Source of the DNA: Sinorhizobium meliloti
GTDB lineage: Bacteria; Pseudomonadota; Alphaproteobacteria; Rhizobiales; Rhizobiaceae
DNA: 32,000 nucleotides
Assembly: GCF_017876815.1 (NCBI RefSeq)
Contig: NZ_JAGIOS010000001.1
Span: forward strand, 900,001 to 932,000
Direction of reading: 5' to 3'
The translations under genes were made by a program, and so were the position numbers. The notes beneath the pieces were generated by a model. The model saw only the letters and a program-made list of their open reading frames with translations, had not been told where the DNA came from and did no database searches. Of the stretch, positions 1-9,651 are shown piece after piece (the first letter of the stretch is position 1; each line of letters starts with the position of its first letter).

Positions 1-280
1 TCGAATTGACGAAGGGTTCCACCCCGATGAAGCCGGTCGCCGGGTCTTCCGCGGCACGGTGGATCAGGTGCTCTCCGCCGCCGAAGCCGATCTCCAGGCG
101 GATTCTTTCGACCGGCTCGGGGAAAAGCGCCGTCAGATCGGCCGGAGCCGGCTCTTCGAGATCGAGCTTCAAAAGAGGCAGCAGGTGTTCGAGATGCGCC
201 GCCTGGCGCTCCCGCAAGGGCTTGCCCTTGCGGCGGCCGAAGAAAGCTTCCGTTGCCCTGGCACCGCGCGTTTCGGTCAT
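1..280 (-). CDS. trmB: tRNA (guanine-N7)-methyltransferase TrmB, N-terminal 93 codons only (gene continues past the left window edge)
   Basis: Not in the supplied ORF track because it is open to the edge. Manual reverse-complement translation from ATG (cat at 278-280) gives [93 protein letters not shown] with no stops. [10 protein letters not shown] is the SAM-binding glycine loop and GVEPF is typical of TrmB. It lies downstream of metK, as in rhizobia. Confidence 0.8.
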   Translation of the reverse strand, partial: MTETRGARATEAFFGRRKGKPLRERQAAHLEHLLPLLKLDLEEPAPADLTALFPEPVERIRLEIGFGGGEHLIHRAAEDPATGFIGVEPFVNS

Positions 281-392
281 GTCGTTTTCCCATAGATGAA
301 GCAGGCTGCGGGTGGAGGCGCACACCGTTTTCCGCATCCGGTTCCGCATCCATGATTTCGGATCGAGCCGAGCCCGAAATCACAATGAACGA

Positions 393-421
393 GGCGGACG
401 CTCCTCTCCGGAGCGCCCGCC
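393..421 (-). terminator. Candidate intrinsic terminator downstream of metK
   Basis: On the minus strand GGCGGGCGCUCC-ggaga-GGAGCGUCCGCC forms a 12-bp stem (one G-U wobble on the minus strand, an A-C mismatch on the plus strand). It is followed by UCGUUCAUUGUGAUUU and sits ~80 nt after the metK TAA at 503-505. Confidence 0.45.
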
Positions 422-502
422 TGATTGTTGCCACGGCTGATAACAGGCCGCTGCGATATCTTCAATATGCGGCTTCTTTTGAAGCTGCCCCGCCGGGACG
501 GC

Positions 503-1783
503 TTAGGCCGCGCGGCTCGCCGCTCTTCCGTTGACGGACGACGAGTCGCTGTCGATCGCTTCTTTCAAAGGCTTGACCAGGTCGAGCTTTTCCCAGGAGA
601 AGGAACCGTCGCGGCCCGCCTTGCGGCCGAAATGGCCGTAGGCAGAGGTCTTGGCATAGATCGGCCGGTTGAGGTCCAGATGGCGGCGGATGCCGGTCGG
701 CGACAGGTCCATCGTCTTGCGGATGGCGCTCTCCACCTGATCTTCCGAGACTTTTCCCGTGCCGTGCAGATCGACATAGATCGACAGCGGCTGGGCTACG
801 CCGATCGCGTAGGAAAGCTGGATGGTGCAGCGCTCGGCAAGGCCCGCCGCTACGACGTTCTTGGCAAGGTAGCGGGCCGCATAGGCGGCCGAGCGGTCGA
901 CCTTGGTCGTGTCCTTGCCGGAGAAGGCACCGCCGCCATGCGGAGCTGCGCCGCCATAGGTGTCGACGATGATCTTGCGGCCGGTAAGGCCCGCATCGCC
1001 GTCCGGTCCGCCGATGACGAACTTGCCGGTAGGATTGATGTACCAGGTGCAGTCGTCGGCGATCTTCAGGTCCCCGAGCGCCTCACGGATATAGGGTTCG
1101 ACCACGGAGCGAACCTTGGTGGAATCCCAGCTCTCGTCGAGGTGCTGGGTGGAAAGAACGATCGAGGTGGCCTCGGCCGGCTTGCCGTCGACGTACCGCA
1201 CGGTCACCTGGCTCTTGGCGTCCGGACCGAGCTTGGCGACTTCGCCTTCGCCCTTCTTGCGGGCCGCAGCGAGCAGATTGAGGATGCGGTGCGAATAGTA
1301 GATCGGCGCCGGCATGAGCTCGGCGGTCTCCCGGCAGGCATAGCCGAACATGATGCCCTGGTCGCCCGCGCCTTCTTCGCCCTGCTTGTCGGCGGCATTG
1401 TCCACGCCCTGCGCGATGTGCGCGGACTGGAAGTGCAGAAGAACGTCGATCTTCGCAGTCTTCCAATGGAAGCCGTCCTGCTCATAGCCTATGTCGCGGA
1501 TCGCCTTGCGGGCCGCCGACTTGAACTTCGAGGGGTTGATGACGTCGTTGCCGTTCTTGTCTTTCTTGAGAAGGCTCGGCGGCAGCCGGACCTCTCCGGC
1601 GATGACCACACGATTGGTCGTTGCCAGCGTTTCACAGGCGATGCGCACAGTCCACGGATCGACGCCGGTCTTTGCGGCTTCGCGGTAGACCAGATCCACG
1701 ATTTCGTCGGAGATACGGTCACACACTTTGTCCGGATGACCTTCGGCTACGGATTCACTTGTGAACAGGTAGTTTGCGCGCAT
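503..1783 (-). CDS. metK: S-adenosylmethionine synthetase (methionine adenosyltransferase), 426 aa
   Basis: C-terminal 426 aa of ORF 503..2002. Start set at the internal ATG (cat 1781-1783) giving [30 protein letters not shown], the canonical MetK N-terminus. Motifs [12 protein letters not shown] and GGGAFSGKD are present. The upstream 73 codons of the track ORF look non-coding. Confidence 0.97.
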   Translation of the reverse strand: MRANYLFTSESVAEGHPDKVCDRISDEIVDLVYREAAKTGVDPWTVRIACETLATTNRVVIAGEVRLPPSLLKKDKNGNDVINPSKFKSAARKAIRDIGYEQDGFHWKTAKIDVLLHFQSAHIAQGVDNAADKQGEEGAGDQGIMFGYACRETAELMPAPIYYSHRILNLLAAARKKGEGEVAKLGPDAKSQVTVRYVDGKPAEATSIVLSTQHLDESWDSTKVRSVVEPYIREALGDLKIADDCTWYINPTGKFVIGGPDGDAGLTGRKIIVDTYGGAAPHGGGAFSGKDTTKVDRSAAYAARYLAKNVVAAGLAERCTIQLSYAIGVAQPLSIYVDLHGTGKVSEDQVESAIRKTMDLSPTGIRRHLDLNRPIYAKTSAYGHFGRKAGRDGSFSWEKLDLVKPLKEAIDSDSSSVNGRAASRAA

Positions 1784-2072
1784 GCGGGAAGTCCCCTCAA
1801 TGAAAGAAGCGGTCCAAACGTTTAGTGGTTTTGCCGGTGAAAAACAAGCACACAACGACATAAATATATCTTTATATCGGCATCGCAGCGACGTTCCGCT
1901 TTCCGGAAAATGCGCGCTTTGTGGAAAATCTTCGCGCTCGGGCGGGAGCCGTGACGCGCTCAGCCCGGAATCCCATCCGGAGCGACCCGCCTCTTGTCGC
2001 ATGCAGCGTCGAAGCGCTGCCGTCTTCGTCGTTTATCGGTAGGGTTGGAGCTCGCGCAGTACCCAATAGACG

Positions 2073-2095
2073 AAAAAAGCGGCTTGATGCCGCTT
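2073..2095 (-). terminator. Rho-independent terminator after phrR
   Basis: Stem AAGCGGC (2077-2083) pairs with GCCGCTT (2089-2095), loop TTGAT. On the minus strand the hairpin runs into a T6 tract (complement of A2073-A2078). It lies 25 nt after the phrR stop. Confidence 0.8.
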
Positions 2096-2119
2096 CTTTC
2101 GTGCCGGACGACTTGCCGC

Positions 2120-2539
2120 CTATTCGCTCTCCGCCTCGGCGGCCAGTGCTTTCACGAGGTCTACCAGCTTGCGCCGAACCTTCGGGTCGGAAATCTTCAC
2201 GAAGGCACGGTTGAGCTGCAGCCCTTCCGAGGAAGACAGGAAATCGACGACGTAGTTGGAGCTCGACGCCTCGGCCATCCCCGGCCCGGTGCCGCCGCCA
2301 TCGCCCGGAGCATCCTCGAAGAAGAACGACACCGGCACGTTGAGTATCTGCGAAATGTTCTGCAGCCGGCTCGCGCCGACGCGGTTCGTGCCTTTTTCGT
2401 ACTTCTGGATCTGCTGGAAGGTAATCCCCAGACTCTCGCCGAGCTTCTCCTGGCTCATGCCAAGCATCGTCCGACGAAGGCGAATCCTGCTACCGACATG
2501 AATGTCGATCGGGTTCGGTTTCTTCTTGTTCTCGATCAT
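2120..2539 (-). CDS. phrR: XRE-family helix-turn-helix transcriptional regulator, 139 aa (PhrR/PraR-like)
   Basis: HTH_3 signature VGSRIRLRRTMLGMSQEKLGESLGITFQQIQKYEKGTNRVGASRL. Start moved to the ATG at 2537-2539 (MIENKKKPNP), preceded by GGAAGG. The position directly downstream of lnt (actA) matches my recollection of the low-pH-induced phrR of S. meliloti/medicae. The symbol rests on synteny plus family only. Confidence 0.85.
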   Translation of the reverse strand: MIENKKKPNPIDIHVGSRIRLRRTMLGMSQEKLGESLGITFQQIQKYEKGTNRVGASRLQNISQILNVPVSFFFEDAPGDGGGTGPGMAEASSSNYVVDFLSSSEGLQLNRAFVKISDPKVRRKLVDLVKALAAEAESE

Positions 2540-2677
2540 ATTCGCCTTCCTAAACACCCTGTTTTCGTTACCAGCAACCCCGCATTGCAAAAACCTGCGC
2601 TGCGGCAACCCTGTCACGCTTCGGCGGCAGGCAAAGGTTGATGGCGAAATCCACTATGCAATTTTAGGGGTTTTACG

Positions 2678-4273
2678 TCAATTCTTCCTAATATTAAAAC
2701 CTAAGCGCGATATTGCTGCAACCAGAAATAGAATCCCCGTCGTCAGCCAAAAAATCTGGCTGCGCGTTGCGATATTTGTGAGCGTAGGCAGTTTTCCCGG
2801 CAGAATTGTGTCTATAACCCCCCTGTAATTGTAGCCCAATACTACCACTAAAACACCACGTGCATCAACAACTGCTGAAATACCAGTATTCGCCGCACGG
2901 ATCATCGGAGTTCCGGCCTCGACCGCGCGAAGCTGCGCCTGATGGAAATGCTGGCGTGGCCCGGGGGTGTCGCCGAACCAGGCGTCATTGGTGATGTTGA
3001 GGAGCGCGTCTGCGAGACGGGCATTGCCGTCCACCTCGTCGGCGAAGATCGCCTCGTAACAGATCATCGGATAGATCCTTCGGCCGCCCGGCAAGGTCAG
3101 CACCGGGCGGGTGCTGGCCGCCGAGAAGCCGCCCGGCATCGAAGCCGCGACGGAACTCAGGCCCCACGAGGTCAGCAGATCCTCGAACGGGAGGTATTCA
3201 CCGAAAGGCACCAGATGCACCTTGTCCGCCGCACCGACGATCTGCCCTCGATCGTCGATGACATAAACCGAATTGTAATAGCGCGGCGGCAGTCCGGCAC
3301 CGGCATCCTCGACCCTGACGGCACCGGCGACGAGAACTTGCCCGTCCTGGAGAACATCGGCGATCCGCGCCAGGGCGTCGGGATTGTCGGTGAGGATGAA
3401 AGGGATCGACGTTTCCGGCCAGACGACGATGTCCGGCCGTTTGGCGCCATCCTGGACCGGGGCGGCCGTCAGCGAGAGATGGTCCTCGAAGATCGACGCA
3501 CGCTCGCGGTCGTCGAGCTTCTTGGCCTGGTCGATCACCGGTTGGACAACGCGGACGGTCATCTCCGGCTGGAGCGGCGCCGGTGCCGGCTGGGCGAGCC
3601 GGTAAAAGCCGAAAGCGACATGCGCCGTGAAGAGCGCTGCGGCGATGGCGAGACCGGCGCGCGCGCCCTTGCCCGTCCAGATCAGAGCCGGCGCGGCGAA
3701 GACGAAAACGGCCAGCATGTTGATCGTCGAAAGATTGACGACGCTGGCCGACTGCATCATCAACGGCATCGGCATGGCCGCATAGCCGATGGCATTCCAA
3801 GGGAAGCCGGTAAAGAGAAAACCGCGCAGCCATTCGGCGATGCCGAAGCCGAGCGCAAGGGCGGCGATCCGGCCCCAACCATCCGACCAGAGGCTGCGGG
3901 CAATGACGACCGCCAGCGCGTAAAAGAGCCCGAGAACGGCCGGGAGGCCGACGACGGTGAGCGGCAGCGCCCAGGCGAACGCGTCCGCCTCGACCAGAAG
4001 CGCATTACCCAGCCACCAGAGACCACCCAGGAAATAACCGAAACCGAAGGACCAGCCGATCGCAGCGGGCGGCATCAGCCGCCGCAGCAGGCCGTCGCCG
4101 GGATCGGGCGCCACCCCGTCGATCAGCCAGACGAGGACGGGAAAGGAGACGAAAGCCGCCGCGAAAATGCCGAAAGGCGGCTGGGCAAGCACCGCCAGGA
4201 GGCCGGCGAGAAAGCCGACGAATGTCCGGGAAACCCCCGAGAGAAGTATGATTCTGCCTGCCAGTCTTTCCAT
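2678..4273 (-). CDS. lnt: Apolipoprotein N-acyltransferase, 531 aa
   Basis: Multi-TM N-terminal half followed by a CN-hydrolase domain with VVWPETSIP (Glu), DKVHLVPFGEYLP (Lys) and MICYEAIF (Cys). ATG at 4271-4273 is preceded by GGAGG. The last ~70 codons have atypical A/T-ending codons (see findings). Confidence 0.95.
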   Translation of the reverse strand: MERLAGRIILLSGVSRTFVGFLAGLLAVLAQPPFGIFAAAFVSFPVLVWLIDGVAPDPGDGLLRRLMPPAAIGWSFGFGYFLGGLWWLGNALLVEADAFAWALPLTVVGLPAVLGLFYALAVVIARSLWSDGWGRIAALALGFGIAEWLRGFLFTGFPWNAIGYAAMPMPLMMQSASVVNLSTINMLAVFVFAAPALIWTGKGARAGLAIAAALFTAHVAFGFYRLAQPAPAPLQPEMTVRVVQPVIDQAKKLDDRERASIFEDHLSLTAAPVQDGAKRPDIVVWPETSIPFILTDNPDALARIADVLQDGQVLVAGAVRVEDAGAGLPPRYYNSVYVIDDRGQIVGAADKVHLVPFGEYLPFEDLLTSWGLSSVAASMPGGFSAASTRPVLTLPGGRRIYPMICYEAIFADEVDGNARLADALLNITNDAWFGDTPGPRQHFHQAQLRAVEAGTPMIRAANTGISAVVDARGVLVVVLGYNYRGVIDTILPGKLPTLTNIATRSQIFWLTTGILFLVAAISRLGFNIRKN

Positions 4274-4426
4274 TGAACCTCCAGTCGGCGCCGGACGTGG
4301 GGGAGACCTTGCGCGGGACCCTGTCCTCGAGGATTCAAGGACACACGCAGCACGACCGAATCAATCGGCGGCAGTCTTCCAAAAAAGTGGCTGCTTGTCC
4401 CGTCTCCTGGCGACGCCGAGCCGGCC

Positions 4427-5590
4427 CTATTCGAACGAGGACGGGGGCTGGGCACCCGCCCCTGTGGCGCCGGGCGTGGTAAACGCATCGGGCAACGGCT
4501 CCTTCTCGACCTTCGGCAGGCGGCGGCGTGACGGCGGACGCTTGCGCATGATCCTGACGCGTTTGACGCGACGCGGATCGGCATCGAGAATCTGGAATTC
4601 GAAACCGGGAATCGCCTGCACCACTTCGCCGCGGACAGGAATCCGGCCGAGCGATGCGAAGACGAGTCCGCCCAGCGTGTCGACATCCTCGAGTTGCTCG
4701 CGTACGTCGAAGTCCGGCCCGACCGCCTCGGCGATCTCCTCGAGCTCCACCCGGGCGTCGGCGATGAAGACGTCGTCCGAGCTGCGCGCGAACATCACTT
4801 CCTCGTCGTCATGCTCGTCCTCGATGTCGCCGACCACCATCTCGACGATGTCTTCGAGCGATACGAGACCGTCCGTTCCGCCGTATTCATCGATGACGAG
4901 TGCCATCTGGATGCGCGCAGCCTGCATGCGCTGCATGAGATCCGAGGCGAGCATCGACGGCGGCACGAACAGGAGCTGCCGGACGATCCCCGCCTCCTCC
5001 ACCGTCTTGTCGAGATCGACGCGGGAAAGATCGAAGCCTGCCTTCTGCTGCCGGGGCGCCCTTTCGGGCTTGTCGCCATTCGTCGTCGTCGCCCCCTGAG
5101 CTTTGCCGTTGCGGCGGCGGTTGCGCGCCTGCTTGGTCACATAGGCAAGAAGGTCACGGATGTGCACCATGCCGCGAGGGTCGTCGAGCCCCTCGCTGTA
5201 GACCGGCATGCGCGAGCGTCCCGACTCCTCGAAGAGCACCATGAGCTCGCCGATGGTGATATTCTGGTCTACCGCTTCGATGTCGGCTCGCGGAACCATC
5301 ACGTCCTCGACCCGAACCTCGCGGAAGCGGAGGATGTTGTTGAGCATCGCCCGCTCTTCGGGCGAGAAGGCCGCATTGCCGTCGGCATCCGTCATGAGCG
5401 CGTCGGCAAGATCCTCGCGCAGGCTCGACGGGCTCACACCGCGTAACAGACGCGCGGCACGGCTCCAAAATGATGATGTGGATTTGCTGCCCTCGAATCG
5501 GGCGGCGGTACTACTACCGGCCTCGGTGTCGCCGGAGGCTTCCGCCTCCTCGGTCGCGACAGCGGCCGGCTGTGTCTTGAAGTCGCTCAT
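4427..5590 (-). CDS. corC: CorC/YbeX-type CBS-pair plus CorC_HlyC domain protein (often annotated hemolysin/TlyC-like), 387 aa
   Basis: CBS-pair region (VRVEDVMVPRADIEAV ... MALVIDEYGGTDGLVSLEDIVE) and a C-terminal transporter-associated domain (LGGLVFASLGRIPVRGE). No DUF21 TM region. Same position as ybeX in the conserved miaB-ybeZ-ybeY-ybeX-lnt block. Confidence 0.9.
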   Translation of the reverse strand: MSDFKTQPAAVATEEAEASGDTEAGSSTAARFEGSKSTSSFWSRAARLLRGVSPSSLREDLADALMTDADGNAAFSPEERAMLNNILRFREVRVEDVMVPRADIEAVDQNITIGELMVLFEESGRSRMPVYSEGLDDPRGMVHIRDLLAYVTKQARNRRRNGKAQGATTTNGDKPERAPRQQKAGFDLSRVDLDKTVEEAGIVRQLLFVPPSMLASDLMQRMQAARIQMALVIDEYGGTDGLVSLEDIVEMVVGDIEDEHDDEEVMFARSSDDVFIADARVELEEIAEAVGPDFDVREQLEDVDTLGGLVFASLGRIPVRGEVVQAIPGFEFQILDADPRRVKRVRIMRKRPPSRRRLPKVEKEPLPDAFTTPGATGAGAQPPSSFE

Positions 5591-5602
5591 CGTTCCAAAC
5601 TG

Positions 5603-6109
5603 TTAATGCGGGGGTTGGTCCCCGTAGGGATCAGATAGGCCAAGACGCGCCAAAATGCGAGTCTCCAACCCCTCCATTCTCTCCGCTTCGTCGTCTTCGA
5701 TATGATCATACCCGAAAAGATGCAGGAATCCATGCACGAGAAGATGCGTCAAATGCGCGTCGAAGGGCTTTTCGAGCTCCGCCGCCTCCCGCCTGAGCGT
5801 CTCATGGGCGACCACGATGTCGCCGAGCATAGGCCCGGGCATCCTGCCCGGCGTCACCGGAAAGGCGGGAAAGGACAGAACATTCGTCGCCTTGTCCTGG
5901 CCTCGCCACTCCGCGTTGATCGCCCTGATCGACTGGTCGTCGGTGAAGACCAGCGACAGTTCCGCCGCCTGTGCCGGCAGCGGCTGGTTCTCCTCACGCG
6001 CGAGAAAATCGGCCGCAGCCTCGAGAACACGCTCGCAAAAGGACTGAAGCTCGTCTTCGGGCGGCCAGTCTCCCGCCTCGACGCTGATCTGAATGTCCAA
6101 TGCCGTCAT
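5603..6109 (-). CDS. ybeY: Endoribonuclease YbeY (rRNA maturation factor), 168 aa
   Basis: Zinc-binding motif [15 protein letters not shown]. Start set at the ATG 6107-6109 ([10 protein letters not shown]). The longer track ORF (to 6175) would overlap the phoH 3' end. Confidence 0.93.
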   Translation of the reverse strand: MTALDIQISVEAGDWPPEDELQSFCERVLEAAADFLAREENQPLPAQAAELSLVFTDDQSIRAINAEWRGQDKATNVLSFPAFPVTPGRMPGPMLGDIVVAHETLRREAAELEKPFDAHLTHLLVHGFLHLFGYDHIEDDEAERMEGLETRILARLGLSDPYGDQPPH

Positions 6110-6125
6110 GATAAACGCGGCCGCC

Positions 6126-7181
6126 TCAGCGATCGCTCTGCTCGCTCTCGTCGTGAACCGCCGTCTGGCTGTCATAGGCCCTGACGATCCGCGCCACCAG
6201 AGGATGACGGACGACGTCGGCGTCCTTGAAGCGGATCACCGAGACGCCCTCCACGCCCTTGAGTATCTGCAGCGCCTCCACCAGCCCGGACTTCACGCCG
6301 CGCGGCAGGTCGACCTGACTCGGATCGCCCGTGACGATCATCCGGCCGTTCTCGCCGAGACGGGTCAGGAACATCTTCATCTGCATCGACGTCGTGTTCT
6401 GCGCCTCGTCGAGGATCACGGCGGCGTTGGCAAGCGTTCGCCCGCGCATGAAGGCGAGCGGCGCGATCTCGATGACGCCGGCGGTGATTGCCCGCTCGAC
6501 CTTGTCGCCCGGCATCATGTCGTACAGCGCGTCATAGAGCGGACGCAGATAGGGATCGACCTTCTCCTTCATGTCGCCCGGCAGGAAGCCGAGACGCTCG
6601 CCCGCTTCGACAGCCGGACGCGAGAGGATGATCCGGTCGACAGCGCCACGCTCCAGGAGCTGGGCGGCATGGGCGACGGCGAGATAGGTCTTGCCCGTGC
6701 CGGCAGGACCGACGCCGAAGACGAGTTCGGCCCGCTCCATGGCGCGGATATAGGAATCCTGCATCGGCGTGCGCGCAGCGATTGTCTTCTTGCGCGTCGA
6801 AATCTGCGCCATTGTCAATTTGGCTTTGCGCTCCATCGTCGGCAACTGTAGCTGATCGTCGGCGGCGACCGCCATGCGGATCGCACCTTCGACATCGGAT
6901 GTATCGATCGAAGCGCCACTCTGCAGCCTTCCGTAGAGATAGTCGAGGGCACGACGCGCCTGATTGGTTGCGACGACGTCACCGGAGATGGCGACCGAGT
7001 TGCCCCGCGGCCGGGCCTCGATGCGCAATCGCTCTTCCAGCAATTTCAGATTCTGGTCGAACTGACCGAAGAGCTCGCTCGCGAAGCGGTTGTTCTCGAA
7101 GGTGAGCACGAAGTGATTGGCGTCCGTCGCGGATGTCTTCGACTGGCGAGATGAGGAAGAAATCAGTTCGTGTCCGTTCAA
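6126..7181 (-). CDS. phoH: PhoH-like ATPase (YbeZ), 351 aa
   Basis: Walker A GPAGTGKT, Walker B-like VILDEAQN, PhoH motif GDPSQVDLP. The first codon is TTG (caa at 7179-7181), 4 nt after the miaB stop and 9 nt after GAGGAG. No in-frame ATG exists upstream of the conserved LTFENNRF region. Confidence 0.9.
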   Translation of the reverse strand: MNGHELISSSSRQSKTSATDANHFVLTFENNRFASELFGQFDQNLKLLEERLRIEARPRGNSVAISGDVVATNQARRALDYLYGRLQSGASIDTSDVEGAIRMAVAADDQLQLPTMERKAKLTMAQISTRKKTIAARTPMQDSYIRAMERAELVFGVGPAGTGKTYLAVAHAAQLLERGAVDRIILSRPAVEAGERLGFLPGDMKEKVDPYLRPLYDALYDMMPGDKVERAITAGVIEIAPLAFMRGRTLANAAVILDEAQNTTSMQMKMFLTRLGENGRMIVTGDPSQVDLPRGVKSGLVEALQILKGVEGVSVIRFKDADVVRHPLVARIVRAYDSQTAVHDESEQSDR

Positions 7182-7185
7182 GCGG

Positions 7186-8604
7186 TCAGCTCCTCGCGTC
7201 CGATTCCCCGATCATCTCGGCAAACAGGCTGTTCGGCCCGGCCTTGGTGATTCGCACTCTGATAATGTCACCGATTTGCGATGCTTTTGCATCAACATTC
7301 ACGGGCTGCAGCCACGGCGACCGGCCGACGAGCTGCCCCGGCATGCGGCCCGGCTTCTCCAGGAGCAGGTCGATCTCCCGACCCACACAGGCCTCGGCGA
7401 AACCGCGCTGCTGCTTTACGAGCAAAGCCTGCAATATTTCCAAGCGCTTGGCCTTCACGTCCTCGGGAACCTGTTCCTTGAGCTCGGCGCCCGGCGTGCC
7501 GGGACGCGTCGAATACTTAAACGAGAAAGCCTGTGCATAGTTCACTTCTTCCACAAGGCGAAGGGTATCCTCGAAGTCCTGATCGGTCTCGCCGGGGAAG
7601 CCGACGATGAAATCGCCCGAAAGCGCAAGGTCGGGCTGCGCCGCACGAATGCGCTCGACGAGCGCCAGATATTCGGCTGCCGTGTGGCGCCGGTTCATCG
7701 CCTTCAGGATACGGTCGGAGCCCGACTGGACCGGCAGGTGCAGATAGGGCATCAGCTTCGCCATCGACCGGTGCGCCTCTATGAGGCTGTCGTCCATGTC
7801 GCGCGGATGGCTGGTGGTATAGCGCAGGCGCGCAAGGCCGTCGATTTCGCCGAGGCGTCGCAGGAGGTCGCCAAGGCTCCATTCGCGCCCATGCGGACCC
7901 TCGCCGTGCCAGGCGTTGACATTCTGTCCGAGCAGGGTGATTTCGCGCACGCCGCCTTCGACGAGCTTCTCCGCCTCCGCCACGATCTGTGCCACCGGGC
8001 GCGAGACTTCCGAGCCGCGCGTGTAGGGTACCACGCAGAAAGTGCAGAACTTGTCGCAGCCTTCCTGGACGGTCAGGAAAGCCGTGACGCCCCGCGCACG
8101 GGTCTTGGCTTTATCGGGCGCCGGCAGATGGACGAACTTGTCCTCGATGGCATATTCCGTTTCCACGATACGCTGGCCGGCGCGAGCCCGCTTCAGCGCG
8201 TCGGGAAGGCGATGATAGGTCTGAGGACCTATGACGAGATCGACCGCCGGGACGCGGCGGAGAATTTCGTCGCCCTCCGCCTGGGCCACGCAGCCGGCGA
8301 CGCCGATCAGCATCTCGCGGCCCTCGAGCGCCTTGGCCTTTTTCAGTTCGCGCAGGCGACCGAGCTCGGAATAGACCTTCTCCGCAGCCTTTTCGCGGAT
8401 ATGACAGGTGTTGAGCAGGACGAAATCGGCGTCTTCCAGGACATCGGTCGCAACATAGCCGTCGCGCGAGAGCGCATCCGACATGCGGTCGGAGTCATAG
8501 ACGTTCATCTGACAGCCATAGGTCTTGACGAAGACCTTGCGCGCCGGAACGTTCAGGTCGCCCGCCTCGGGCGACGTCGACAGAAGAGCGGTTTCCTGGG
8601 TCAT
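7186..8604 (-). CDS. miaB: tRNA-2-methylthio-N6-dimethylallyladenosine synthase, 472 aa
   Basis: N-terminal UPF0004 cluster ([12 protein letters not shown]), radical-SAM CxxxCxxC ([11 protein letters not shown]) and a C-terminal TRAM domain. ATG at 8602-8604. Confidence 0.96.
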   Translation of the reverse strand: MTQETALLSTSPEAGDLNVPARKVFVKTYGCQMNVYDSDRMSDALSRDGYVATDVLEDADFVLLNTCHIREKAAEKVYSELGRLRELKKAKALEGREMLIGVAGCVAQAEGDEILRRVPAVDLVIGPQTYHRLPDALKRARAGQRIVETEYAIEDKFVHLPAPDKAKTRARGVTAFLTVQEGCDKFCTFCVVPYTRGSEVSRPVAQIVAEAEKLVEGGVREITLLGQNVNAWHGEGPHGREWSLGDLLRRLGEIDGLARLRYTTSHPRDMDDSLIEAHRSMAKLMPYLHLPVQSGSDRILKAMNRRHTAAEYLALVERIRAAQPDLALSGDFIVGFPGETDQDFEDTLRLVEEVNYAQAFSFKYSTRPGTPGAELKEQVPEDVKAKRLEILQALLVKQQRGFAEACVGREIDLLLEKPGRMPGQLVGRSPWLQPVNVDAKASQIGDIIRVRITKAGPNSLFAEMIGESDARS

Positions 8605-8653
8605 GCGGGTTCTTTAGTGCATAGCGCCCCAAAGTTGAAGCATTTTCGGGCCG

Positions 8654-9532
8654 TCACGGCGCGAGCCGCGACCTTTGCGCGTCTGACGGGATGTCCGGCG
8701 CTGCAGAGCACGCGGGGGCCGGCTCGCCCTTCGCGGCGGATCGGGAGCGCCCTCGCAGCCGATCCGACAGCATCTTGCGGATCCGCTGACCGATGAGGCG
8801 GCTTACTTCCTTGCGGTTCGCGTGCCGGTCATAGTCCACCGCCTCGCCGAAATCGACATCGACCTCCAGGGCTCCCTCTCTGAGCACCCCGAGAAGGTGC
8901 GGCACCAAGCCGATGTCCCCCGGCCATGCGGCGATCGGCCGATGATAGCGCCCCATCGGCATGCCGTGGATGCCGGTGTAGGAAATCGCCAGCGGCTGGA
9001 CGTGGACCACGCCGGTCGGCGACTGCGGGACCGCCGAAGCGGCCGCGCCGAACAGCGAGGTCTTGATGTCGAGCAGCCGGTTGCCGTCGGAGGTCGTTCC
9101 TTCCGGGAAGAGCACGACGATTTCCCCATCGGCGAGCCGCCGCCCGATGTCATTGACCTGGTGACCGGTGGTGCGCTTCTGCTCGCGTTCCACGAAAACC
9201 GATGCCTGAAGGCGGGCGAGAAGCCCGAATATCGGCCAGCTCTTGACGTCCGACTTGGCAACGAAAACGACGTCCGCCACCGAGGAAAGCACCAGGATAT
9301 CCTTCCAGGAGACGTGATTGGCGCTCAGGAGCAAGGGACGCCGGCGGTCGAGCTCGCCATGGACGCGGACGCGCAGGCCGAGCAGCAGACAGGCGACGCG
9401 ATGCCAGTGACGCGGCAGCCAGCGCCGCGGTTTCAGATCGAGCCAGAGGCAAAGAATCTGGACCGGCATCAGCACCAGCGAGACCATGACGAGCAGCATG
9501 CCGCAAAGAGCGACCCGCACCCAATTGATCAT
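8654..9532 (-). CDS. olsA: PlsC-family acyltransferase, probable lyso-ornithine lipid O-acyltransferase, 292 aa
   Basis: HX4D motif NHVSWKD and the FPEGTT motif of lysophospholipid acyltransferases. Start set at the ATG 9530-9532 (MINWVRV), preceded by GGAAGGTG. The position between miaB and rimI, ~14 kb from olsB, matches my recollection of S. meliloti olsA. The function is assigned by synteny plus family. Confidence 0.8.
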   Translation of the reverse strand: MINWVRVALCGMLLVMVSLVLMPVQILCLWLDLKPRRWLPRHWHRVACLLLGLRVRVHGELDRRRPLLLSANHVSWKDILVLSSVADVVFVAKSDVKSWPIFGLLARLQASVFVEREQKRTTGHQVNDIGRRLADGEIVVLFPEGTTSDGNRLLDIKTSLFGAAASAVPQSPTGVVHVQPLAISYTGIHGMPMGRYHRPIAAWPGDIGLVPHLLGVLREGALEVDVDFGEAVDYDRHANRKEVSRLIGQRIRKMLSDRLRGRSRSAAKGEPAPACSAAPDIPSDAQRSRLAP

Positions 9533-9651
9533 CCGCAGGCACCTTCCAAACTGCGCTTCACCGTTTGCGTGAAACAGTGAACGTGATCTATTCCAATAGG
9601 TTGAGACGCGGGATGCGGGCGGAAAACCGCACACACTTTCCTCATCCCGCT

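Noticed and set aside
1784-1900. Possible SAM riboswitch in the metK leader
   Set aside because: I could not align the leader to the SAM-II pseudoknot core or the SAM-SAH motif from memory. No claim is made without a covariance-model search.
1784-2002. N-terminal 73-codon extension of the metK ORF (similar extensions: ybeY to 6175, phrR to 2617, olsA to 9634, coxG-like from 30154)
   Set aside because: The extensions lack homology-like sequence, overlap neighbouring genes or terminators, and have no Shine-Dalgarno. Internal ATGs give canonical N-termini, and those of phrR, olsA and the coxG-like gene also have good RBS spacing.
7117-8796. 559-aa ORF antisense to miaB and the olsA 3' end
   Set aside because: Antisense shadow. 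It spans two real genes and an intergenic gap and has no domain signature.
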